Assembly: GCA_950097015.1 (NCBI GenBank)
Contig: CATNEN010000011.1
Location: 5,146,001 to 5,210,000 of the forward strand
Source: Macrostomum hystrix
Lineage: Eukaryota; Animalia; Platyhelminthes
Length of the DNA stretch: 64,000 bases
Direction: 5' to 3'
Shown: positions 1 to 12,000 of the stretch, piece by piece
How positions within the stretch are numbered: the first letter of the stretch is position 1
Layout: every line of letters begins with the position of its first letter
The notes under the pieces: model-generated
What the model saw: the letters and a program-made list of their open reading frames with translations, nothing else
What the model was told of the DNA's origin: nothing
Database searches by the model: none
Program-made: the position numbers and the translations under genes

Positions 1-3000
1 TATTCGATTGGAGCGCACGGTGACAGTTGGCGAGTCGGTTGTTCTGCCCTGCCCGGTTTTGCCAAGCTCTGCAGTTCTTCCTGGCGCCCCTGTAGCCAAG
101 TACCTGGAATGGTCGTTGCCTAGCAACGGATTAACGCCAGTCAAATGTCCGGTCTACCTGATGAAAGACGAGGACGAAGACCCCGGCTGTTCTAGAGAGC
201 TGGACGGTCGCGGGGTGTCTCTTTGGCGTCTCACTCAGCTGCGAGTGCAATCAGCCGAGTTGAGACATGACGGCCTGTACAACTGCTCAGCCTATTGGAA
301 TGAGACCGGAGCGAGTGGCAACGTGTGGCTGCGAGTGCGAGGTAAGGCCTGCAAATCCCCCACCTCCTAGGTGGCTGAACCCTTTTTAAATCCAATGTGG
401 CTGAACCCCTACCTCAAAAACCAAAACGGCTGAACCCCCTTACCCAAATCCAATGTGGCCGAATCCTCACCCTGAAATCCAAGGTAGTCGAACCCCCTTA
501 GACAAATCCAAGGTGGTCGAACCCCCTTACCCAAATCCAAGGTGGCCGAACCCCGTTACCCAAATCCAAGGTGGTCGAGCCCCCTAACCCAAATCCAATG
601 TGGCCGAATCCTCACCCTGAAATCCAAGGTAGTCGAACCCCTTTAGACAAATCCAAGGTGGTCGAAACCCCTTACCCAAATCCAAGGTGGCCGAACCCCG
701 TTACCCAAATCCAAGGTGGTCGAGCCCCCTTACCCAAATCCAAGGTGGCCGAATCCTCACCCTGAAATCCAAGGTAGTCAAACACCTTTTAACAAATCCA
801 AGGTGGTCGAAACCCCTTACCCAAATCAAAGGTGGCCGAACCCCTAGCCCGAAATTTAAAGTGGCCGAACCACCTTACCAAAATCCAAAATCCAAGGTGG
901 CCGAAACCTGACCCTAAAATCCCTAAAGAATGTTCAAGTAGGCGGAAAAACTAAAAAAACTAAAAAAAACTAAAAAACTAAAGAACACTTGGGCAGCTTT
1001 TGGGACCCCCGAAGGAAAAGTATTTTTGGTCATTGTTTAAAACTCAATTCATATCTGAGATAATAATGGACCATTTCTTTCCCTGCTGTTGAGCTACTCA
1101 GGTGATGAAAGATTAGGTACAACCATTGAAACAATGCCCTCCATCTGCGAAAGCTGACCTGTGATTACAGTAATGCCATGCATGCCTTATTCATGCCTTA
1201 TTCAAGCTGCAGCATTCGATTAATGGCAGACTAAAGCCGTATCCTAATCACAAGCCAGAAAATCAGCGAGTCCCGTTCGAGTGCACCTTTTGGCTGTTTC
1301 AATGAAACAGCTCTCAGATTTTAAAAGTTTAATGTTTAATTTCCAAAAAATGCCCCACTAAATTCATCTGCAGAATTGCATTGAGCCTTGACTGAGAGAT
1401 GACTTAACCTTAGCTGATCTTTCCCATTTCACCTCACTTCCTTTCCTTCCCGTTACCCTCCGTTTCTCTCGTCCTATTTCCATTTTCTCTCTTCGGCTTC
1501 CGATTTTCCTTTTTATGTTCCCCTTTCCATACTAATATTTTTCCCCTTTCCATTTTCCTCTTTTTATTCCACTTCCCATTTCCTATCTTTCTTCCCCTTT
1601 CCATTTCCTCTCTTTCTTCCCCTTCCCATTTCCTCTCTTTATTCCCCTTCCCATTTTCCAATTTACATTCCCCTTTCCATTTCCTCTCTTTCTTCCCCTT
1701 CCCATTTCTTCTCTTTCTTCCCCTTCCCATTTTCCACTTTATATTCCCCTTTCCATTTCCTGTCTTTCTTCCCCTTCCCGTTTTCCTAACTTTCTTTCCC
1801 TTCCCATTTCCTCTCTTTTTTTCCCCTTCCCATTTCTTCTTTTTCTTCACCTTCCTATTTTCCACTTTATATTCCCCTTTTCATTTCCTGTTTTTCTTCC
1901 CCTTCCCATTTTCCTAACTTTCTTTCCCTTTCCATTTCCTCTCTTTCTTCCCCTTTCCATTTCCTCTCTTTCTTCCCCTTCCCATTTCTTCTCTTTCTTC
2001 CCCTTCCTATTTCCTCTCTTTCTTCCCCTTACCATTTTCCTCTTTTTATTCCCCTTCCCATTTCTTCTCTTTCTTCCCCTTCCTAAATCCCCTATCTTTC
2101 TTCCCCTTCCTAGTTTATCATTTTCCTCCCTTTCTCTTTCTCCCTTTGCCGGCCTTCTTTAACAATCCCATTCCCTGAGCTCCAGATATTTCAAGCCCAA
2201 AGCTAAAAAGCGCAATTCCCAACTAGCAGACTGTAAAGTCCATCTTTCAAGTTGATCTCTCAAGCCTCCCCGTTTAAAATCACAGCCCCAGAGTGGGGCA
2301 GAGAGTGCCTGTGGGGTCGAATGTGTCAGTCAGCCTATGCCAGCTCTGAGATCTTCTACGGAAGGTTCGACTTTTAATTCCTAGCGTCGCCAGGGGAGTT
2401 GAAATAGGACAAGAAGATGAGGAGTTTCTAGTAGGAAAATTATTCTATAATTTACACGCTCTCGGTGTGTCGGGCGGGGGGGCAAGGGAAGCTGCTTATC
2501 GAGCCGCCCTTAAGCCGTCAAGTCCGGCTTAGTGAAAAAGCTGCACATTTTCCTATTTTTATTCAGTTGCAACGTGCCGACTGGGTAGGTGCCTGACACT
2601 AAAGGACCCGAGACCCAGTATATGTCCCAATATTCACTGACCCGGTGGGCTTAGAGAAGAGGGCTTAAGTAATGGATAAATTATATTGAGTTGATACACA
2701 CTCACACATACACAGGTGTGTACATCTGCCCCAACTCAAACTCAAACACATCAAAATTTATTTTCAGCTCCCCCGTCGGCCCCTCGTCAACTAAAAATCA
2801 CCATGCTGGAGTCGCACTGGCTGGACTTGTCCTGGCAACCGCCTAGCGACCTGAGACACCTGCCTCTGACTGGTTACGAATTAGCAGTAATTAACGGCGA
2901 CTCAACTCGACAATCGGATGAGCAGTTGTCCTGGCTGAATCTTGACCCCGATGCTGAGTCTCACCGGCTGACAGGACTGGCACCGTACACCGAGTACTGC

Positions 3001-6000
3001 CTGCGGCTGCGCGCCAGAAATCAGCTCGGGCCAGGCCGCAGCAGCGAGCTGTGCCGGCTGCGCACGCTGGAAGCTCCACCGAAACCGTCTGCTCTATCCG
3101 CCAGAATCAGCGAGGTCGAAGCCAACAGCGCCAAGCTCATCATCGGCGTTGTACCTTCGGGTCATCCGTCATTGGCTGGCCGGTTGAGACTAGTCCGAGC
3201 CCGATGGCGTCTAGTCAGGCACCTGGAGTCTGGTCTTATCGCCACTCAGGACGATGTCTGGATGGAGAAGAATATCTCAAGAGCGCAGTTTCGGAGCGGT
3301 CGCGGTGGCGGTGGCGAAAATCTGGAAGTTGAACTGGCACTGACAGACCTGCAGGCTTTCAGCGCCTACAGTGTTCACTGCAGCCTGCACAATGGGCGCT
3401 ATGTAGGACAAGAGGCTCTGCTCGCATTTGAAACTTTGGAGGGAGGTAAGTTGGCCCACTGTAGCTGGAGCTGACCCACTGTAGCTGGAGTTGACCCACT
3501 GTAGCTGGAGTTGACCCACTGTAGCTGGAGTTGACCCACTGTAGCTGGAGTTGACCCACTGTAGTAGGAGTTGACCCACTGTAGCTGGAGTTGACCCACT
3601 GTAGCTGGAGTTGACCCACTGTAGCTGGAGTTGACCCACTGTAGCTGGAGTTGACCCACTGTAGCTGGAGTTGACCCACTTTAGGTAGAGTTGACCCACT
3701 TCAGGTAGAGTTGACCCACTTCAGGTAGAGTTGACCCACTTCAGGTAGAGTTGACCCGCTTCAGGTTGAGTTGACTCGATCAGACTAGATGTGCAGCCGA
3801 CAGCACAGCCGCAGCTATTGCGCGGCGCATCTGAAGGCTGCGTACAGCTGTTCAGTCCATGGACTGACGCTAGACGTCACTGGGTGGGGCTGTGGAATTA
3901 TAAATATTGTTATCTGGTAAAGATTCAAACCAGCCTATTGCTACCTGACCTCGTGCATGTTAAAGAGAGTAAAGAAAAAACGCCGTCCCTTTAACAGAGG
4001 CTCCAGCGCCGACGCTGGCCCAGGACACGAACGCCCTATTCGACACCAACGTCAGCCTCTCCTGGACCCGCCTGGCCCGCGTTCCAGGCCACCTGGTCGG
4101 CTATCAGCTGACTGTCCGCGGACCGCACGCCTTCCACCGCGTGTTGAACGTGTCCAGCGAACTCACGCGGCACTGCGTGTCCGGCCTCCAAGCGGCGACC
4201 CGCTACTCCATCAGCGTTGCCGCCGTCACCAGCGGACGAGGCCCCGGACGTCTGTCAAATCGTCTCGATATCGAAACGGAGCCAAGCTGGCCCAGCCGTC
4301 CGTTGGATGTCAGCGTGGACGCGCTCAGCTACTCAGCCGGTGTTCTGGTGTCCTGGTCTGGCCGGCGATTCTCGGTGACTTCGGCCACGGTGGACAGAAC
4401 CTCCTTGGCCTATCCCATCAACCTGCTGCTATTTCGACTGGAGTGGAGGCAGGTTTTTCAGGAATTCGGTAGCTCAATTCAGCAGCGTCGATCGCACCAA
4501 GGCAGGCGGGAGACTCTGGTGCTGAGCCAGCTGGGTCAGTGTCAGCCCAGCTCCAAGTGGCTCGCCCGACCCACCGATGCAGCCGGCGGCAACTTGGAGA
4601 ATCGCGCGACGGAATTAAAGAGGCGAATATGCGTAAGCTTTTGGGCCATATTTCCAGTGTCCCGTAATCCTAGTGAAAAAGTAGATTAGCTGTCCTATCC
4701 TGTCAAAAGTAAAATCCTGTCATATAGCTGGATATTAATCCAGATCTTTTGTCCAGAAAATTAGTTTAAATCCGACCGATTTGTCAGGTTCTGGATTAAA
4801 GTTTAAAAGTTCTAATTACATTTTATAGAAGAGCCAACATATTTCTATTGCAATCGTTTTACATTTTTTTTCACCACGTAGAATTTCAAGATAATATCCA
4901 TGCTATTCCAATACCACGGCCCGCTACCTACCTACTACAGTACACTACTTCTATTACGTCCAACTATAACAAACCAAAAGAGGGTCGGTTGGCAGAGCGG
5001 TTATCGCGTTTGCCTTTTGCACCACGATCCCTGAGTTCGATTCCACGGCGAGGCCACACTTATTTGGGGCGCAGCCGCAGAGAGAAGGCTTGGGGGCTTG
5101 TCGTGCAGTTTACGCCCTTAAGGGCCAGCCTCCAGTGCACAGTGAAAGTGTACACTGCCTGACGATGAGAAATTGAGGGCAGATGTACACCCCTGTGAGA
5201 GCGTATGCCTGCTTACAGTATCTGTGTGCGTGTGTGCACAGGAGTCAGCGAAATGGGCAGAATTGCCTCCTCGCTGGCTGCGGGTCTGAACAAGAAAAGC
5301 ACTGCCATTTACCAACAATAGCTTTGTTAAAGGACTATATATGTAAAGGGTTATGTACTTTCGGCGCAGTGTAGCTCGAGTCTCAAATTTATTACACATA
5401 ACACACTCTCGAATTGCAGCAACATTCCATTGTCCATTGTCTCAATAGGTAGCTTTAGAATGGAGATGAGTAAATTCTGTGAATTCTGAGGCAATCCTTG
5501 AACAGCGGGAAATTATCGCTCTTGCACTTTTATCCGGCTTAGGGTGGGGCCCCGCGTCCTGAAACTATCCAGGAATTAAGAGATCAAGGCAGCCTGAATG
5601 ACAGGCACTGGCGCAAGCCACAATTGTTGTGGCATCTCTGCACGAAAACTGCAGCAGGTGATTGAACGAATGTTGAAGCTATTGAGGATTTGGGCCGGGT
5701 CGGGTGGCAGCAGAAATCGTACTCTCACCTCATGGCAAAGGATTCGAGCTCCTTTTATCTCAGCCTTTTGTGCACCGCCTCACGTTGCAATTCGCGTCTG
5801 TTGTCTGGCCGGCCTTACTAACCCGTGACTAAATATAGCTGGGCTTCTAGAATGCTTTCTGTTCTCAATCGAAATAGATTCATCGATAAGAGCTCGTTAT
5901 TTTCAAGTAATCTTGATTGTCATTAACCTTTAACTATATGCCACTGTTTAACAACAATGCAATCTAGAAATGTAATTTATTTTTATCCTCAATTTACCTG

Positions 6001-9000
6001 TGATTCTATTGATTAAATCTAGTTTTTTCTGCATTTTGCAATCCTTATTTGAACTCTAACTAAAACCTGTCAATCATCAGGAGTTCTTGCCTTGGTCAAC
6101 TGTGATCAGAGCGCTCGGCGTTGGTCCAAAGCTCGACTCCGCGGCGAACCTCAGCTTGGAGTTCTTCGTCACCAGCGTCGGCTTGTCACAATGGGACAGG
6201 GATCGGCGATATCCGGGTCACAGGTCTCTGCCGGTACGCGTCACCGTGCCGGTGTCCACTCTGGTTTTCAACGCGTCCGACTATGCCGACTACGAGAAAG
6301 ACTCTCTTGATGGCGACCCGGTTGTAGCGTCTGGCGATAAACGACGTCACCAAGTGACAACGCGTGTGAGCGTCGGCCTGGGCGTCGGCTGCCTTTTCGC
6401 CGCTTTAGGCATGGCCTCAGCTGGCCTGCTGGCCTGGCAGTGGCTGTGCGGTGACGCCAGGCGTCGAGGCGGTCGAAGCCGCGCTGGTCGGAGCAGGACG
6501 AGGGCTAGGCTCCTGCGAGCTGTGGGCAACCTGGAGCACGGCGGAGCTGAGCGGGCCGAATGTGGGAGTGCTGGTAGGGTAGTCTTTGTAGTTGCCGGTA
6601 GGGTAGTCTTTGTAGATTCTGGTAGGGTAGTATTTGTTTATGTTGGTAGGCTGCTTATTGTAGATGTTTGTAGCATGGTCTTTGTATATGTTTGTAGCAT
6701 GGTCTTTGTAGATTTTTGTAGAATGGTCTTTGTAGATGTTAGTAGGGCGGCCTTTGTAGATGTTGGTAGGGTGGTCAGTGCAGATGTTGATAGGTTAGTC
6801 ATTGTTGATAGTATTGTGGTCAGTGTTGATAGTAGGGTGGTCAGTGTTGATAGTAGGGTGGTCAGTGTTGATAGTAGGGTGGTCTGTGTTGATAGTAGGG
6901 TGGTCTGTGTTGATAGTAGGGTGATCGGTGTTGATAGTAGGGTGATCAGTGTAGATGCTGGTAGGTTGGTCAGTGTTGATAGTAGGGTGGCCAGTGTTGA
7001 TAGTAGGGTGGTCAGTGTTGATAGTAGGGTGGTCAGTGTTGATAGTAGGGTGGTCTGTGTTGATAGTAGGGTGATCGGTGTTGATAGTAGGGTGGTCTGT
7101 GTTGATAGTAGGGTGATCGGTGTTGATAGTAGGGTGATCAGTGTAGATGCTGGTAGGTTGGTCAGTGTTGATAGTATTGTGGTCAGTGTTGATAGTATTG
7201 TGGTCAGTGTTGATAGTAGGGTGGTCAGTGTTGATAGTAGGGTGGTCAGTGTTGATAGTAGGGTGGTCAGTGTTGATAGTATTGTGGTCAGTGTTGATAG
7301 TAGGGTGGTCAGTGTTGATAGTAGGGTGGTCAGTGTTGATAGTAGGGTGGTCAGTGTTGATAGTATTGTGGTCAGTGTTGATAGTAGGGTGGTCAGTGTT
7401 GATAGTATTGTGGTCAGTGTTGATAGTAGGGTGGTCAGTGTTGATAGTAGGGTGGTCAGTGTTGATAGTATTGTGGTCAGTGTTGATAGTATTGTGGTCA
7501 GTGTTGATAGTATTGTGGTCAGTGTTGATAGTATTGTGGTCAGTGTTGATAGTAGGGTGGTCTGTGCAAAATGCTTGTCGACGCAAACTGTGTTTAGACG
7601 AAACCAACACACAGACATCTTGAATCCTCAATCACCCAAAGAACACCAAGATCCTGAGCAGACCTCGGCTCTCCTCGTGAGCGACCCGGCAGCCATGGGC
7701 CTCGCCGACTTTCGAGATCACGTGATTGCCTGTCACGCCAACGATGACGAAGGATTCAGGACCGAGTTCGATGAGCTTCAGCGTTCCGACCCTGTTGTTG
7801 GAGAGACACTTGACAACAGAACACACACTGTCACAGCTGAGAATGAGTATTCTGTGGAAGGCCTTGATAAGGACAAGTCGGCAGTCTTGGCAGCCACTTT
7901 CTGGAGGCTGCCAGAAAACTTAATAAAAAATCGTCACCCAGATGTCTATCCGTGTATGTAAAGTTGGACTTCACATTTTTTATAATTTATGCGGCAATGA
8001 GACATGCTTTGACTGTAAATCTGCCGTTTTTTTAAAACAAATTTAGTCGATCACAGCAGAGTTGTCTTGCACTCAACTCCAACCATCGCAGTGAGCAAGC
8101 GACCGGGTGTTAGCGACTACATCAATGCCAGCTTTGTTCATGTAAGTGGACTAATAAAATAGTGATAATAATTGCAGGAGGGCTGCGGGCAATGGCACAT
8201 CATTTGGTTGACACTAGACCCAATCCCAGCGAGGAGGCAATTCTGCCCATTTCGCTGACTCCTGAGCACACACGCACACGGATACCGTACGCAGGCATAC
8301 GCCCACTCAGGGGTGTACATCTGCCCTCGATTTCTCATCGTCAGGCAGTGTACACTTTCACTGTGCCTTGGAGGTTGGTCCTTAAGGGCGTTAATTTTAG
8401 AACAAGCCCCAAAGACTTCTCTCCGCGGCTGCGACCCAAATGAATGTGGCCTCGCCGCATAACGTGCTAATAATTTAACGTTAATTAAAACAAGTTGAAC
8501 CATTTCATAGACAGTAGGATGTTTTGGCATAATATAGCAATACGATTAGAAAGAAAAATCGGACTTTGGACTCGGACCATGGACTTGCGTACTCCACAGC
8601 CTGCAAAACTTGTATCTATGTCAACTAATTTTGGTACCTATTGTACAGCTGCGTGAACTAAAGCGATCAATAATTAGCGTCTTGATTTTGAGAACAATTG
8701 ATCTCTCAAAGCTCCAACACTTCCCGACAACTCCAATCCTTTCGCAGGGCTATCAGGCGGAGCGAGCCTATATCGCCTGCCAGAGTCCGCTACCCGCCAC
8801 GTTTGACGACTTCTGGCTGATGGTGTGGGAGAACCGGTGCAGCACCATCGTGATGCTGTGCAACCTGGTGGAAGGCGGGCGGGTAATTCAGGGACAAATT
8901 AATCTATGATACTATAAACACTATAAACACATCGTGATTCCGTTATAATAGTATCAAACTAATGCTAATGCATGGTAATATATATCAATACTCAGTTTTT

Positions 9001-12000
9001 TCCGTAACATTACTGATCTCTTAAATTAACGGATCCTAAATTATCCTCTCTGGTTTCAAGCTAACCTCAAACGAGTCTAACCTATCTGATCCCATAACCT
9101 CAATGATCCCATAACCTCAAAGATCCCATAACCTTAAAGATCCAATAACCTCAATGATCCCGTAACCTCAAAGATCCCATAACCTCAATGATCCCATAAC
9201 CTCAAAGATCCCATAACCTTAAGGATCCAATAACCTCAATGATCCCGTAACCTCAAAGATCCCATTACCTCAGTGATCCCATTACCTCATTGATCCAAAA
9301 ACCTCAATAACCCCATAACCTCAAAGATCCCATAACCTCAATGATCCCATAATCTCAATGATCCCATAACCTCAATGATCCCATTACCTCAATGACCCCA
9401 TAATCTCAATGATCCCATAACCTCAAAGATCCCATTGCCTCAAAGATCCCATAACCTCAATGACCCCATAACCTCAAAGATCCCATAACCTCAATGACCC
9501 CATAACCTCAAAGATCCCATAACCTCAATGATCCCATAACCTCAATGATCCCATTACCTCAATGACCCCATAACCTCAAAGATTCCATAATCTCAATGAT
9601 CCCATAACCTCAATGATCCCATTACCTCAATGATCCCATTACCTCAATGATCCCAAGAACTCTCTGATCCCATAATCTCCTATTAATCCAGCGCAAATGC
9701 GACCAATATTGGCCCAGCGGGGGCAGTCGAATCTACGGTCACGTGACCGTGCGCCTAGTAGGCCAGGCCACTCGCTGGGATCACAGGGTGCGCATATTTG
9801 ATCTGGAGTCCAAGTGCCAGTCCGCACGCGGCAGGCACCGAGTGAAACAGTTTCAGTACTGCCAGTGGCCCGAGTGCGGCGTGCCCGCCTCCCCGCTGGC
9901 TCTGCTCAACTTCATCCAGCTGTCCGGAGGCATCGCCGACGAGGCCGACTGCAAGAATGTCGGCGTTGAACAATGCACCGGAGTTGAGAACAGCAATGCC
10001 CCATTGGGCCCGATTGTGGTGCACTGCAGGTGCGGATAAAAGTCAAAATGTTTCTTTGTCCTATGTGGCTTTTCAGATTTTTAGTGGGTCCTGAGTTTTG
10101 TCTTGTGAGTCAAGGCTTTGGTGTCAGAGGACTCAAGGATTCAGGGGTCAGGTGGGTCAAGAATTTAAGAGTCAGGTGAGGCAAGGATTCAAGAGTCAGA
10201 TGGGTCAAGGATTCAAGAGTCAGGTGGATCAAGGATTCAGGGGTCAGGTGGATCAAGGATTCAGGGGTCAGGTGGGTCAAGGATTCAGTGGTCAGTTGGG
10301 TCAAGGATTCAGGGGTCAGGTGGATCAAGGATTCAGGGGTCAGGTGGGTCAAGGATTCAAGAGTCAGGTGAGGCAAGGATTCAAGAGTCAGGTGGATCAA
10401 GGATTCAAGAGTCAGGTGGGTCAAGGATTCAAGAGTCAGGTGAGGCAAGGATTCAGGGGTCAGGTGGATCAAGGATTCAGGGGTCAGGTGGATCAAGGAT
10501 TCAGGGGTCAGGTGGGTCAAGGATTCAGTGGTCAGTTGGGTCAAGGATTCAGGGGTCAGGTGGATCAAGGATTCAGGGGTCAGGTGGGTCAAGGATTCAG
10601 TGGTCAGTTGGGTCAAGGATTCAGGGGTCAGGTGGATCAAGGATTCAGGGGTCAGGTGGGTCAAGGATTCAGGGGTCAGTTGAGTCAAGGATTCAGGGGT
10701 CAGGTGGGTCAAGGATTCAGGGGTCAGGTGGGTCAAGGATTCAGGGGTCAGGTGGGTCAAGGATTCAGGGGTCAGGTGGGTCAAGGATTCAGGGGTCAGG
10801 TGGATCAAGGATTCAGGGGTCAGGTGGATCAAGGATTCAGGGGTCAGGTGGATCAAGGATTCAGGGGTCAGGTGGATCAAGGATTCAGGGGTCAGGTGGG
10901 TCAAGGATTCAGCTAGGGGTCAGGTGGGTCAAGGATTCAGTGGTCAGGTGGGTCAAGGATTCAGCTAGGGGTCAGGTGGGTCAAGGATTCAGGGGTCAGG
11001 TGAGTCAAGGATTCAGGGGTCAGGTGGGTCAAGGATTCAGGGGTCAGGTGGGTCAAGGATTCAGGGGTCAGGTGGATCAAGGATTCAGGGGTCAGGTGGA
11101 TCAAGGATTCAGGGGTCAGGTGGATCAAGGATTCAGGGGTCAGGTGGATCAAGGATTCAGGGGTCAGGTGGATCAAGGATTCAGGGGTCAGGTGGATCAA
11201 GGATTCAGGGGTCAGGTGGATCAAGGATTCAGGGGTCAGGTGGGTCAAGGATTCAGTGGTCAGTTGGGTCAAGGATTCAGTGGTCAGTTGGGTCAAGGAT
11301 TCAAGAGTCAGGTGGGTCAAGGATTCAGGAGTCAGGTGGGTCAAGGATTCAGGTAGGGGTCAGGTGGGTCAAGGATTCAGCTAGGGGTCAGGTGGGTCAA
11401 GGATTCAGTGGTCAGGTGGGTCAAGGATTCAGGTAGGGGTCAGGTGGGTCAAGGATTCAGCTAGGGGTCAGGTGGGTCAAGGATTCAGTGGTCAGGTGGG
11501 TCAAGGATTCAGGTAGGGGTCAGGTGGGTCAAGGATTCAGCTAGGGGTCAGGTGGGTCAAGGATTCAGTGGTCAGGTGGGTCAAGGGTTCGGGTAGGGGT
11601 CAGATGGGTCAAGGGTTCGGGAGTGAAAATTCAAGTGAGTCAAGGATTCAGGGGTCAGGTGGGTCAAGGATTCAGGGGTCAGTTGGGTCAAGGATTCAGG
11701 GGTCAGTTGGGTCAAGGATTCAGGGGTCAGGTGGGTCAAGGATTCAGTGGTCAGGTGGGTCAAGGATTCAGGTAGGGGTCAGGTGGGTCAAGGATTCAGC
11801 TAGGGGTCAGGTGGGTCAAGGATTCAGTGGTCAGGTGGGTCAAGGATTCAGGTAGGGGTCAGGTGGGTCAAGGATTCAGCTAGGGGTCAGGTGGGTCAAG
11901 GATTCAGTGGTCAGGTGGGTCAAGGATTCAGGTAGGGGTCAGGTGGGTCAAGGATTCAGCTAGGGGTCAGGTGGGTCAAGGATTCAGTGGTCAGGTGGGT

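Noticed and set aside
5158-5175. Hammerhead-like CTGACGA...GAAA in SINE A
   Set aside because: Only 3 nt separate the two core motifs (no stem II), the bases are paired in a simple hairpin, and other copies alter them.
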